Source: Azolla caroliniana (lineage: Eukaryota > Plantae > Polypodiophyta). From it: a stretch of 64,000 bases of DNA. The position numbers and the translations under genes were made by a program. Position 1 is the first letter of the stretch. Each line of letters opens with the position of its first letter. The stretch covers positions 8,928,001-8,992,000 of the forward strand of contig JBHGNT010000016.1 in the NCBI GenBank assembly GCA_043228905.1, read 5' to 3'. Under the pieces are notes generated by a model. That model searched no databases, was not told where the DNA came from, and worked only from the letters and a program-made list of their open reading frames with translations. Positions 12,593 to 24,435 of this stretch are shown here, one piece after another.

Positions 12593-15500
12593 GATTTTTA
12601 GATAGGGCTTTTACAGGTAGGGGCTGTGATAGCCCGAGCATAAAAGAAAACCCCATAAATAATAATGTAAATAAAGATATTCCTTGTACAATCTCATCTA
12701 ATGGTGCTACTTTTATACTAAAAGTAAATAATAATAAAATACAAAATGCTTTCGAGTACTTTAAGTGTTCTGGATTAATAGATGATGATGAAGAAATTCA
12801 GGATATGTTTGAAGAATTAAGTTTTGAAGATACAATAACTCATTTGGAAGCAATGGAAGAAGACAATGAAATCCAAGTTCCTGTCCATTCAATCAAGATG
12901 TATGAGGTCATTGAAGAAGTTGCTCGAAAGGATCATGAAGCACATGTACTAACAAAATACAAGACAGTGGAGAAGAAGGTTCGTCCTATTGCTGCTCCAC
13001 TCCCAGGGGATAGTGAAAAGGCAATCAAAGAAGCAGCCACAGAGCCAATGATCAGAGACCCACGAAAGGTAGGACATGTGTTTACTCCGGAAACAATACA
13101 AGGGATGAAAATAGGAGGGGGTGACTTCCTATTACCCGCTGAAGAAAAGCAGTTCAGGGAGATGTTAAAAAGGCATGGAAAGGCGTTTGCATTCCAACCG
13201 GAGGAAATAGGGTGTGTGGATCCAAAAATTGTGGAGCCCATGGTTATATTCACTATCCCTCATATTCCATGGAACTTTAAGCCAATACCCATGCCTAGGG
13301 CTAGAATCCCTCAACTATTAGAACTTTTGAAAGAAAAGATAAGGATGGGTATCTTGGAACCATCGAACGCTCCTTACTCGAGTCGATGGTTCACTGTGTT
13401 AAAGAAAGATGGGCGACTCCGATTTATCCAAGATATGCAACCCGTGAATAAGGTAACAATCCGAAACTCGGGAGTAGGGCCAATTGTGGATGAGTTTGCT
13501 GAGATGTTTGCAGGAAGAGCTATATATTCAATGGGAGACCTTTATTCCGGATATGATCAATTTCAACTTGCTATCAAAAGTCGAGATATAACTTCTATCA
13601 AGACACCTATAGGGTTAGTACGGATGTGCACCTTGCCGCAAGGAGCGACCAACTCAGTGGCGCATATGATGAATGGAATGAACAAGGTACTTCGTGATTT
13701 TATTCCTCATATTACAATGCCTTTTCTAGATGATGTTCCAATTAAGGGATGTAAGGAGGAAGAGAAGAACGAGGAATTGGACGAAAGTGGTTGCCGTCAA
13801 TTCGTTGCTGATCATATCAAGGATTGTGAGAAGGTGCTATCAAGGATGGAAGAAGTGCATTTGACCTTATCAGGGGCGAAGTCAATATTTGGGGCAAAAG
13901 AGATATTAATAGTTGGTCATATGTGTGGCCCGTATGGGAGAAAGCCATCCCCAACCAAGGTCAATGCAATTCAAAATATGCAAGAGGAATGTACATCCAT
14001 CTCAGAAGTACGAAGGTTTCTGGGGGTATGTGTTTTTTACTGTAAATGGATTCCGCATTATGCCCATTTATCTGAACCTTTATATAGACTCCTAAGAAAA
14101 GGAGAGACATTTGAATGGAGTGAAGAGCATTCAGAGGCAATGAAGAAATTGAAGTACTACTTGGCACAAGCTCCACCATTAAAGCAACCAGACTACACCC
14201 GGCCCATATATCTCACAGTAGACTCTAGTCCCATTGGAATTGGATGGGTGATAAGCCAACAAGATAGGGAAGAAAGGTATCCAGTCCGATTCGGGGCAAA
14301 GGTTCTTAGTGGTCGACAAAGAAAATATGCACAGGTGAAAAGAGAGCTATGGGGGATAGTAACAGCTGTAAAGACAGACAGAGATTACTTAATTGGTGCT
14401 GAAGTAATAATAGAAACAGATTGTTTGCCTATTCTGGGTATCATAGCTAATTGTGATATTCCAGATCAAGCCATGTTAAGATGGTGTATCTATATTAGAT
14501 CAATCAACCCTGAAGTTCGACATATCTCTGGGAATAGAAATGCAGTAGCAGATATGTTATCAAGAGCAAGGTATGAGGAAGAGGAGATTCCAGACTCGGA
14601 CGATGAGGACAAAGAACAAACAGTCCTTACCACAAGCATTACTCGGGAAGGAGGAATGCAGTTTCTAGAAGAGGAGTATGAAGATGAATTCAAGGAAATA
14701 GGGAAATACCTACAAACCCCTAACAAGTACAAAGGTCGATCTGGAAAAGAGTTCGCACAGTTTCGCAAGAAAGCCCATAAGTTCTTCCTGTATGAAGGAT
14801 ATCTATGGCGACATCCGAAAACCAAGACTGGAAACCCGCAAAGAGTAATAGGTTCTGAAGGGCAAAGAAAGGAGATAATCAAAGAGCTGCATGACAAAGA
14901 ATGGGCTGGTCATCGAGGAGTGTGGGCCACTTTCAGTAAGATTAAAGAACGATTTTGGTGGCCTCGATACTATGAGCAAATAAAAAAGTATGTGGAAACT
15001 TGTCCCACTTGTCAATATTATTCAAATGTAAAATTTTGTGATGAATTACACCCAACATACTCATCGGGGGTGCATTACAAGTGGATGATAGATTTGGTAA
15101 CAATGCCACTTGGAGTAGGACAAAAGAGATACTTGGTTCTTGCTAGAGAAGATCTAACAAATCAAGTGGAAGGTCGTTCATTGAGAACAAAAGGGACATT
15201 AGGAGTATGTCAATTCATCTTGGAGGACATTGTTTGTAGATATGGATGTATCGGGAAGATAGTGGCAGATAGGGGAGAACTCAATTCTGCGGAAGCTCAA
15301 GATTTTTTCGACAAAATAGGAATTCGGCTTTCTTTGACAACGGCGTACAATCCAGAAGCTAATGGAAAAGTAGAAAGGGGACATGGGCCAATAGTCAAAG
15401 CTTTGGCAAAGGCATGTAGAGGACGGGTTAGTGATTGGCCAAAAACCTTACCCTATGCACTATGGGCTGATAGGACAACTCACAGCACTGTTACTAGATA

Positions 15501-16056
15501 TATGCCTGCAGAATTAATCACAGGACAGAAGCCAATAATGCCAATTGAAGAAAAGATAACTACATGGGCTGTGTTGCCTTGGGAATCAGAAATGAGTAGG
15601 GAAGATTTACTTGCGGTTCGAATACGACAACTTCAATCAAGGATAGAAGACATAGAAAAAGCAGCTACTAGATTGAAAGAGGCAAGAATCAAGAATAAGG
15701 ACAGATTTGACAAGATGAAAAGAATACGACCAAGAAAGGTGCAAGAGGGAGATTGGGTATTAGTATATGATAATAGCCTAGATAATCAATACAGTACTAT
15801 TCGGAAGTTTGCAAAAAGATGGTTTGGACCTTATGAAGTTAGGAAAATAACAGATAAAGCCACATATTTCCTCAATGAATTAGATGGGACAGAAATTCGT
15901 ATCCCAATTGCAGGAAAAAGGATTAAAATATTTAAAAGGAGGGAGTCATTAGAGCCTGAATTTTATGAAGAAGTAGAAGAACTAAAAGAATCGGAAGAAG
16001 TGTTGGATGAACTCTGCACAACCAATGTGCAAGTTCAGAGGGGGTGGGTGTCGTGA
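12592..16056 (+). CDS. pol: RT-RNase H-integrase of Phygy-1, reached by -1 frameshift
   Basis: The frame is open from GGATTTT (12592) through the 1083-aa ORF. Motifs: DLYSGYDQ, LPQG, FLDD, VDSS, H-H-C-C, DLV...ADRGE...ANGKVE. The stop lies inside the 3' LTR. Confidence 0.9.
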   Translation, partial: GFLDRAFTGRGCDSPSIKENPINNNVNKDIPCTISSNGATFILKVNNNKIQNAFEYFKCSGLIDDDEEIQDMFEELSFEDTITHLEAMEEDNEIQVPVHSIKMYEVIEEVARKDHEAHVLTKYKTVEKKVRPIAAPLPGDSEKAIKEAATEPMIRDPRKVGHVFTPETIQGMKIGGGDFLLPAEEKQFREMLKRHGKAFAFQPEEIGCVDPKIVEPMVIFTIPHIPWNFKPIPMPRARIPQLLELLKEKIRMGILEPSNAPYSSRWFTVLKKDGRLRFIQDMQPVNKVTIRNSGVGPIVDEFAEMFAGRAIYSMGDLYSGYDQFQLAIKSRDITSIKTPIGLVRMCTLPQGATNSVAHMMNGMNKVLRDFIPHITMPFLDDVPIKGCKEEEKNEELDESGCRQFVADHIKDCEKVLSRMEEVHLTLSGAKSIFGAKEILIVGHMCGPYGRKPSPTKVNAIQNMQEECTSISEVRRFLGVCVFYCKWIPHYAHLSEPLYRLLRKGETFEWSEEHSEAMKKLKYYLAQAPPLKQPDYTRPIYLTVDSSPIGIGWVISQQDREERYPVRFGAKVLSGRQRKYAQVKRELWGIVTAVKTDRDYLIGAEVIIETDCLPILGIIANCDIPDQAMLRWCIYIRSINPEVRHISGNRNAVADMLSRARYEEEEIPDSDDEDKEQTVLTTSITREGGMQFLEEEYEDEFKEIGKYLQTPNKYKGRSGKEFAQFRKKAHKFFLYEGYLWRHPKTKTGNPQRVIGSEGQRKEIIKELHDKEWAGHRGVWATFSKIKERFWWPRYYEQIKKYVETCPTCQYYSNVKFCDELHPTYSSGVHYKWMIDLVTMPLGVGQKRYLVLAREDLTNQVEGRSLRTKGTLGVCQFILEDIVCRYGCIGKIVADRGELNSAEAQDFFDKIGIRLSLTTAYNPEANGKVERGHGPIVKALAKACRGRVSDWPKTLPYALWADRTTHSTVTRYMPAELITGQKPIMPIEEKITTWAVLPWESEMSREDLLAVRIRQLQSRIEDIEKAATRLKEARIKNKDRFDKMKRIRPRKVQEGDWVLVYDNSLDNQYSTIRKFAKRWFGPYEVRKITDKATYFLNELDGTEIRIPIAGKRIKIFKRRESLEPEFYEEVEELKESEEVLDELCTTNVQVQRGWVS
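16037..16048 (+). promoter_or_regulatory. Polypurine tract of Phygy-1
   Basis: AGAGGGGGTGGG directly before the 3' LTR. Confidence 0.8.
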
Positions 16057-16817
16057 AGAATGTGCTTCACGATATAAAAATGAGCTTAAATGTTGTATTT
16101 AATAATATTTAAGAGACTTGAACCCACATCCTTATATACGATGTACAATGTACATACCACTAGGCTAGGCTATTTATTTGTAAAAGTGTATAATAAATGT
16201 GCTTCATGATATAAGAATGAAGCTATATATTGTATTAAGTAAAATTGAGGGACTTGAACCCTCAACCTTGTATATCAAGCACAAACCATACACCACTAAG
16301 CTAGGTTATTTGTTTTAAGGTTATATCCATCATTATACTTATCCCAATACATGGGAGCTCAAATGAGCATGATGGCTATCATGTATCACATGCAATGCAT
16401 GTGCGCCAAATGGCGATCATGCATCAGATGTAACTCATGCATTACATGCATGACATTACCATATGCATGGAAATACTTATAAAAAGAGAGGAAAGGAAAA
16501 CAAAAGGGAATCAAGGAATCAAGAGAGAGTAAAAAAATAATACAATCAATTGAAGAAGACTAGCTCATTGGGTGGAGAACCTCTCGTTTCGAAGTTGAGG
16601 TCGAGGGTTCAAATCAAGGGTCGGTATTGAAAAGATTCATCTTGCGATCAAGGATTGTAAAGTTGGTAAAATATTATATTTTTAATATACATCATGTTTA
16701 TATCATATACTCTTGTTCTTTGAATCATACTTTGTCTCAATCTTCTTTCTAGAATCATACTTTGTCTCAATCTTCTTTCTTGAATCATACATTGTCTCTA
16801 TCTTTTATCTATGCTCG

Positions 16818-16862
<45 letters not shown>

Positions 16863-16998
16863 TTACTTGTAACTCTTCATCTTACTATCCTTAACCATTC
16901 TATCATCACCATACAAGCCTTAGTAAACTTAAGTTTCTTCAACTCCCCTTAACTTTAGTCCCCGCGACTTCGCCGCACGAACCACAACTACCCCGACA
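16049..16998 (+). repeat. Phygy-1 3' LTR (950 bp)
   Basis: Same as the 5' LTR plus one extra 30-bp unit, a shifted (TC)n(AC)n boundary and one substitution that I could spot. Confidence 0.95.
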
Positions 16999-19519
16999 CC
17001 GTTTTCAACCATGGCCGCCCCAGCAATAGTGGGTATGCGCCTTGTGCCTGTAATTGTAGCACTACGGCCGAGATGTGAAATGTATGCCCGCCGACGGTGA
17101 CTTCTAATTTCCGTATTAATCCTGTCGGCCGCACTGAGCTTGTATCGGCCATCCGCAACCAGAACGGACACGGCTCCCACTCGTGGATTCCTAGGTCCTC
17201 ACACGTCCGGAGGCTTATTACATTTACCCCAGAGCCTCCGTCTATAACTGTGCCGGGGAGTTCTTTCCCTTTTACAATGGCAGTGATTACCGGACTACTG
17301 GTGTCTACCACTGTTGGTCCCTCCTCCGGATTCGAGAAGAGTACCGGTGCCGGTGATGGTTCTCCTGCCGTCATGGCCATCTTCAGTCCTTCCGTGAATC
17401 TAGGCACGAGTTGTAGGAGTCTTCCTAGTGGTAACGTAATCTGGCATTCTTGCAACGCCTGCCATGTCTCGTTCTCGGAGTGACTACCGCCGGCAAGCCC
17501 TGCGGTGTTCTCCTTTTGCTGCTGTAAGTCTGTGACATTCTGCTCGTTTGCTTTCTTTACCCATTCCGTTGCTTGTTTGCGGATGGTCTCCTATGTCTCC
17601 CATTCTTTGGCCATGCCCTTCGATCTTGTGGTCACCTGCTGCAGGTCTGCCACCTCAAGGACTACCATATTTACTGCCGGTCGTTTTTCATAGCTCTTTA
17701 CCGGGCATTGGTTACTACAATGGCCTTCCTGTCTGCAGTAGTAGCAGTAGGATTTCCGGGCATTGCTAGATTCGGCATTGTCTGTTGTACCCGTTGCAGG
17801 TCCTACGGTACGCGCGGGGTTTTGTACCGGTTGGCTACTTGGAGCGCCTTGTTCCGGGTCCCGGGGGTAGCCACCTTTTTTAAAATGCCGTTTTTTGTTA
17901 AAGCTCTTCTTATTACGGTACTCTTGACGGGGTTGCCCGTTATATCAGCCGTATTCCTCCCGTTGCTGACGATACCCGGGGGAGTGCTCCCGGTCGTACT
18001 GTTCGTATCGTCTATTGTAATCCTGGTGCCGATCATGCCGGTCATAGTTATCTCGCCGATCACCGTACCGGACATCATTTTCCCGTCGCTCGCCGTACCG
18101 GACATTATTTTCCCGTCGCTCGCCATACCGGACCTCATTTTCCCGTCGCTCGCCATACCGGACATCTTGTGCCGGTTGGTCACGGTCCATTCGCCGCCAG
18201 CGTTCGTCTTCTTCGTCCCGGCTGCTGCGTGGCTCAATTTGTCGGACGGGCGGTGCTTGCTGAGTCAACAGATTATACTCGCACCTATCCGTCGTATGGC
18301 TCTTGGACTGACAGATTACACATTGCATCCTCATAGTGCATTCTAGAGCCGAGTGTCCGGAATTCAAGCAGGTTGTGCACTGTATTGCTTGCCGAAACCG
18401 GAGGTCTTCATCGGACGGTAACGCCCGTTGAAGTGCGCCCAGTGTGAGCCAGGAGCTTGTCTTTTCCATCTCTTTCACCCGGTCAATGACCTGGTCGATG
18501 GTACTTGTACGGAAATCGATTACCGTGCAAACTGTGCGTAGGGGTTCCCGGAGTGCGTTTAGGAATATCGTCCGTAATTCCTCCTCCGGGGGTGCACGGG
18601 TAAGCTGACTATGCATCCGTTGAAACCGGATGACAAATTGGGGAATGCTCTCCCCTGCCTCTTGCCGGATAGTATAAAATAAGCCTACCATTACGGTCTG
18701 GTCCACCTCCTTTTGAAAAAAATGCATGAATTTAGCTTTTAAATCTGCAAAGGTGTTGATGGTAGACGGGTCCTGCGTCCGGCGCCATCTTGCTGCCGGT
18801 CCCTCCAATGTGACGCCAAACTCTGCTATCTTAGAGCGTTCTTCTTCCTCCGGTGTCAGTCGCTGGGACACATGGTTGGCTTCCCATGTCTGTTCAAATG
18901 CGTGCACATGAGCTTCCGCATCCGGATCATCTCTATACTTGGAGTACTGGAACGGCATGTCGTCGTCCAGTATCGGTGCGCGGGCTGGTAGTGTTGGTGC
19001 TCGTTCCGGAATTTTCTCCGGTGTCGGTGGTTTCTCTTCCGCTGGTGACGGAGGCCTCTCCTCCTCAACTTCCGGTGTCGGAGGTCGTTCTTCTTCTGCT
19101 GGTTCCGGGGGTTCCAACGTTAGCACTTCCGGTTCCGGTTCCGGTGTCGGTAAGGTATCCGATCCTTCGTCCTCCGGTCCGCCCGGGTTTCCGTTGCTGC
19201 TACGATAGTTCGTGTGCACACTGTATTCCCCTTCGGAGTCCGATTCATATGCTGAAAAGGCCTCTGCTTCGCCTTCTCCGTTTGCCAACGCGTGGAGAAG
19301 GGATTCGGTTTTCCGGAGGCTGCTTAGGCTGCTGCCATCGTCCGGGTGCGATGTTTGCTGTAACCAGTGGGAGTCCTCCGCTACTCTTCGGATTACGTTG
19401 GAAAACAAGCGATTTGCTCTAATTTCCTGCGCCGCTCGTTGGAAGGCCTCGCGTCTCCTTTGCCTTTCGGCAAGGCGTTGAGTTCGATTTGTAACCAGGT
19501 CGTGCGTTGATCTAGACAT
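16999..19519 (-). pseudogene. gag and protease N-term of Athila-like 2
   Basis: ORF 17945-19519 has two CCHC knuckles (CTTCLNSGHSALEC, CVICQSKSHTTDRC). ORF 16988-17455 has IDGGSGVN...LLGRPWL. Confidence 0.85.
18060..18166 (-). repeat. 30-bp coding tandem repeat (about 3.5 copies of VRYGERREND) in gag
   Basis: Repeated ccggacatcattttcccgtcgctcgccgta-like units on the + strand. Confidence 0.85.
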
Positions 19520-19638
19520 CCATCCGTGCCGTCGTTCGCTGCAAAAACAGGAATCATGGTCGCCAAAAACTGTGTTAACTCTTCAGGCCGGACAATGGCC
19601 TAACACAGGGTGTCTACTTAAGACACTTCACCAAAGGG

Positions 19639-20005
19639 TGTTACGGCAACCGGATTAGACTTCAACGCTTAATCCGACTTAGTTAAGTTACTTATTAGGA
19701 TCGTCTTCATAACACGCGTAAGATATAACAATTAAGAGAGAACGGCAATTGACACAGAGATATAACAACGCTTAAGCTTTCATTAATTAACCGCTAACTA
19801 TTACATTGTATCCGGGCCTTTAAATAGGTTTCCGGTCTGTATTACAAAACGGTGCCATCCGCACCTGTTCGGGATCGGTCCGGATCCGGAATGGCATACC
19901 GATTCTGGTTCGTCCGTCCACACTCATAGCTTAATTACAACCACATTCCTACTACTTAATTAGCTCTCCATTTCCCACTCTGGACTCCTTTGCCGGCCGG
20001 TAACA
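19639..20005 (-). repeat. 5' LTR of Athila-like 2 (367 bp)
   Basis: TGTTAC...GTAACA inverted termini. On the minus strand it is followed by a TGGTGAA PBS-like motif and then gag. Confidence 0.75.
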
Positions 20006-23000
20006 GTAAGAGATGCGGCCAGTTCCCAACTTGGCCTCCACATGCCCGTACTAACGCTTTGACGATCAGCCCATGTCCGTGTTCCACCTTCCCGTTAGCC
20101 TCCGGATTGTACGCTGTGGTGAGCGAGAGTTTAACCCCTAGCTGGTCAAACAACTCTTCTGCCTCTTGCGCGTCCAATTCCCCGCGGTCGGCCATGATCT
20201 TACCGACGCACCCTTACCGGCATACCACATCTTCGATTAGAAACCGGCACACGGCCGTGGTTGTTTTGTTCTGCAACGCTCGACCTTCCACTTGGTTCGT
20301 CAGGTCCTCCCGAGCCAGCACCAGATATCGCATCTGCTCTACCCCCATCAGCATCATCACCAGATCCACCATCCACTTGAAGTGGACGGTCGTAGGGTAG
20401 GTCGGGTGAAGCTCGTCTCGATGTCGGACTATGGAGTGCATCTGACAGCTTTCGCAAGTCGTTACGAACCGATGCATGTCCCGGTATAGTCCCGACCACC
20501 AATACTTCCCCTTCAACTTCTCGAATGTGGCCCATGTCCCGTGGTGTCCGGTCCAAGGACTCTCGTGGTACTCCATAAGCAGCGCTTTCTGCTTGTCCTC
20601 CCTCGCCACTACGCGGAGTGGGGTGCCACTTCGCTTCTTCGGGTGCTTCCATATGCGCCCTCCCCGTAGGAAGAACCGGTACGCCATCTTCCGCACCTGG
20701 TAGGCCTCTTCTGTCGTCGACGCCGCGTCCGACGTCATCGTCCGTAGGAACCTCCCGATTCGGAGCCACTCTCCCTCGTATTCGCTCTCGTCGAACTCGT
20801 TTAATGCCGGAGTGCTCCCCTTTCTTGTTCTTACGTTGGCTGACCCGAAGAAGTCCTCGCCGACTTCTTCGTTATCCGAAACCATGCCGTCCTCGTCGCT
20901 GAACCACACCCTTGAAAGCATATCGGCCATGGCATTATCTTTCCCGGAGATGTGTCGTATCTCCGGGTTCAGGGACTTGATGTACACGATCCACCTAAGC
21001 ATCACCAGGTTCGGAGTCGCGCATCCAGAGACCATACCCAGAATCGGTAGGCAGTCCGTCTCGATGATCACTTCCGTCCCGATCAGATAGTCCTTGTTGG
21101 CCTTTACTGCCGAAATGATACCCCATAGCTCGCGCTTAACTTGGGCGTATCCTCGCTGCCGCTCGCTCAATACCTTCGCCCTGAACCGGATCGGGAATCG
21201 TACGCAGTCCTTGTCCTCCTGATTGATCACCCACTCGATCCCGGTCGGGCTCGTGTCCACCGTCACGTAGATGGGGACTTCCTTGCCGTAAACCGCTTGC
21301 CGGAGAGCCGGTGCCGCAACAAGCGCCTCCTTCAGTCTCCGGACCGACTCCGTGTGCTCCGTCCTCCAGTCGAACCTACACCCTTTCTTCAATAGCTCGT
21401 AGAGCGGTTCCGCGACATGTGCGTAGTGCAGAATCCAGATGTGGTAGAACGCGCATGCACCCAAGAATCTGCAGACCTCCATAACCGACCTGCAATTGTC
21501 CTTCATCACGGAGATGGCTTCTACCTTTGCCGGGGACGGTTTCCGGCCATAGGGCCTGCACAGGTGTCCGACTACCAGGATCTCCGTCTGCCCGAACGTT
21601 GATTTCTTTCCGGAGAAGGTAAGCCGCACGCTCTCGAGCCTTTGCAGCACCTTATCGTAGTCGTTGATGTGGTTCACGATGAACCTCCAGCATCCGTCCG
21701 GCCCGACTGATTCGTCTACATCCTCCACCAGACACCCTTTTATCGGTACGTCGTCTAGGAATGGCATAGTGATGTCCGGGATGCAGTCCCTCAACAGCTT
21801 GTTCATTGTGTTCACCATGTGCGTCACCGAATTCGTTCCTCCTTGCGGTAGGGTACACATCCGCACCGAGCCGAGAGGAGCCCGCATTGTTGTGATGTCC
21901 CTGCTCTCTACGGCTAGTCGGAACTGATCGTACCCCGAGTATAAGTCACTAACGGAATAGATCGACCTTCCGGCGAAGGCCTCCGCAAACTCGTCTATGG
22001 TCGGCCCGATTCCTGCGTTACGGATGGTCACCTTGTTGATCGGTTGCAGGTCTTGTATGAAGCGCAACGTGCCGTTCTTCTTTGGCACCATGAACCACCG
22101 ATTCGAGTATGGGGCACTCGACGGTTCGAGGATGCCCATTTCCACCTTTTGCTTCAGTAGCTCCATCAACATCGGGATGTGAGCTCTGGGCATTGTAATC
22201 GGTTTGAGACTCCACGACACATGTGGTACCGTGAAGATCACCATTGGCTCGATGATTGTCGGGTCTACGCACCCGATCTCCTCTGGCGAGAATGCGAAGG
22301 CCTTCCCGTGCCTTCCGAGCATCCTCCGAAACCGGTCCTCCTCCTCCGGCAGTAGAAAGCCACCCCCACCAACCTTGAGCTCCCGTAGCGTTATGTCGGT
22401 GAACCGGTGCCGTATGCCAGCTGGATTCCGTAAACTTGGGTCCGACGCGACCCCTTTTATCCGCTCTCCACTGCCCTCCGGCAAGGGTGCCGCAACTGGC
22501 CTCACCTTCCGGTTCACAACCTTATACTTCGTATCCACGCGGGCCATTCGATCCGATCCAATCCTCTCCCCAATGTCTGCGATGACTTCGTACATTCCCA
22601 TTGAGCTAACCGGAACGGTCCGGTCTTCGCTAAGGCCTTCATTGACCAACTTTCGTAATTCGCCCAAGGTGTCGTCAAAAGAGACCGCCTCCACGGTGCC
22701 GCTAATTTCTTCGTCGGGGGAGAGGACTGCACACACCCTAAGTAGTCTCTCCTCTCACTTCCTCTCCTGGCTACTGATGCCGGTTAACGTATAACCTCCG
22801 TTATCGGAGAACCAAAATTTCCTACCTATAATACATGTGTGGGGTTCTTCCGGGATGTCCGGACTATCGCGGCTTCACGCCTTGATAGCCCTCTCTAAAA
22901 ATCCCCTTGGTTGTCGCCGTCGAGGGTCTCGCGGTTTCGCTCGTGGCTGGGTCGCACAGTCATGAATTGGACGGAATGCCGACCGTCTTGGCTCTTGACG

Positions 23001-24435
23001 CGCGCATACGCCGAACCATTGTCCAGTACGTTCATCTCCATGTGTGCTGCCGTAATGTACGGTTCACTGAGAATTACCGGGTGCGGGGAAGTCTCCTGCA
23101 CGAAGAAATGTTGATCTATCTCTACGTCGCTGCGTGTATCTTCCACCCGTGCTTGGCGTTGATCGGCCATTTCCCCTTTTTATAGAAGTCCATGGACATC
23201 AGGTTGATCTCCGAACCGTGGTCTACCAATGCCACCATCGGCTCCTGGACATCGCCGATCCGAACAGGGGTTTCCGTAGTGGCCCTAGCCCAATGCGGCT
23301 TCGCGTAGTGGCTTTCCGCCAACTCATCCTCTAGGGCCGTGTCTTCTAAGTGCGTCGTCTGCACTTCCACCGGCCTCCGCGGTTCCGGCTCCGCCGAGAG
23401 CCTCTTCCGCTTCAGCAAGTCCACGATGGAGTTGTGGAACTCCTTCTTGGCGATTCCTAGCACCTCCCGTAGCGACAACTTCCGACCAACACCTCGAGCA
23501 GTTCTGTGTGGATGCTCGGCGTCACCACCCGAGGGAATCCGGATAGCCGCATGTCCACCGAGATGTCCCTCATGATCATTTTGGCCTAATAGGCCTCCAA
23601 GTAGCTCGTTGCATTCTTCCCACTGAATCGACCTATGGTGCCGACGATTGACTCAATGGCCCTGTCCAGGGCACCCGTTCCCTCGCGAGCACTCACTAGC
23701 CGGTCGACGGCTATGGCCATAGCTTTAGCAAGCTCGGATCCCCTCATCCTTCACTTCTTTGCCGCCTGTTTCACATCGGGTTCACCAAATATGTCGAGTT
23801 GTTACGCTCTTCGTGTGCGGAAAGAGGTGGGACCGCGGGGCCCTTGAACCAAGGAGCATGAGAAAGAAGAGAGAGAGAGAGAGAGCAGCTTGCAGAAACA
23901 TAGAGGGAGAAAGAGAGAGAGAACAAAGTCTTAATTACAAAATCAATAGCGATTACAACCGGCAAGCCGGCAATGGACCCAACTCAGGCGAATACACACA
24001 CACACACACGATGCTCACGCACGCACACAGCCCCGACTGCACTATGGAGCCTTTGCCGGAAGCACACGGGCTGTCCACGAAGCAGAGGCAACTCAGTCCA
24101 AAATCCTGCAGAGAATGACGAACGATGGAGGAGTGAGCTCAGTCCCAGTCCGATAGCACTTCGTCCTCGCTCCCCAAAAACGCGATCCTTCATCCGCCTT
24201 CATCCTTCCCTTTTATAGGCCGTCGAGGCAGGCCGTTGCACCCTCGGTTTCATCAATTTATTCTCTATCTGATACTATTTGATTTCCTAGACATTCAATG
24301 CGTCACATCTAGTCTATTTACCCCCATCGTCCTACTCCTCGTTATGTACAAGGTATTAATTGGTGTGGAAAGTGTAGGGCCGGTTCATGTGCCCTGCTTC
24401 GCCGATTCCGCTTCTGGCTGGTTTTCTTCACGACA
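20006..24435 (-). mobile_element. Phygy-2: degenerate Phygy-like Gypsy (5' LTR, deleted gag, PR, RT-RH-INT; 3' part lost)
   Basis: LTR 23792-24435 begins TGTCGTGAAGAA like Phygy-1; Trp PBS 23770-23787 (1 mismatch); pol ORF 20214-22736; protease VDHGSEIN; internal gag deletion near 23485; outer flank CCGT at 24436-24439. Confidence 0.85.
23792..24435 (-). repeat. Phygy-2 5' LTR (644 bp)
   Basis: TGTCG...CGACA ends next to the PBS; contains (GA)n and (CA)n runs. Confidence 0.8.

Larger units (their letters stand above)
9528..16998 (+). mobile_element. Phygy-1: full-length, very young Ty3/Gypsy LTR retrotransposon (Phygy-like lineage)
   Basis: LTRs 9528-10447 and 16049-16998 (TGTCG...CGACA). 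4-bp TSD CCGT at 9524-9527 and 16999-17002; excision restores the host protease frame WLKTAHIKQNW. tRNA-Trp PBS, PPT and two long ORFs are present. Confidence 0.95.
5400..20005 (-). mobile_element. Athila-like Ty3/Gypsy element 2 (5' LTR, gag, pol, ORF3; 3' end deleted), interrupted by Phygy-1
   Basis: 5' LTR 19639-20005; gag 19519-17945; protease split by Phygy-1; RT/RH 9212-7278; INT 7259-6240; ORF3 about 5874-5400. Its LTR end abuts Phygy-2 integrase (flank GTAAG, 20006-20010). Confidence 0.85.

Noticed and set aside
17573-18346. 257-aa hydrophobic plus-strand ORF (env-like?)
   Set aside because: It is the antisense shadow of the R/E/D-rich repeat region of gag; no independent evidence.
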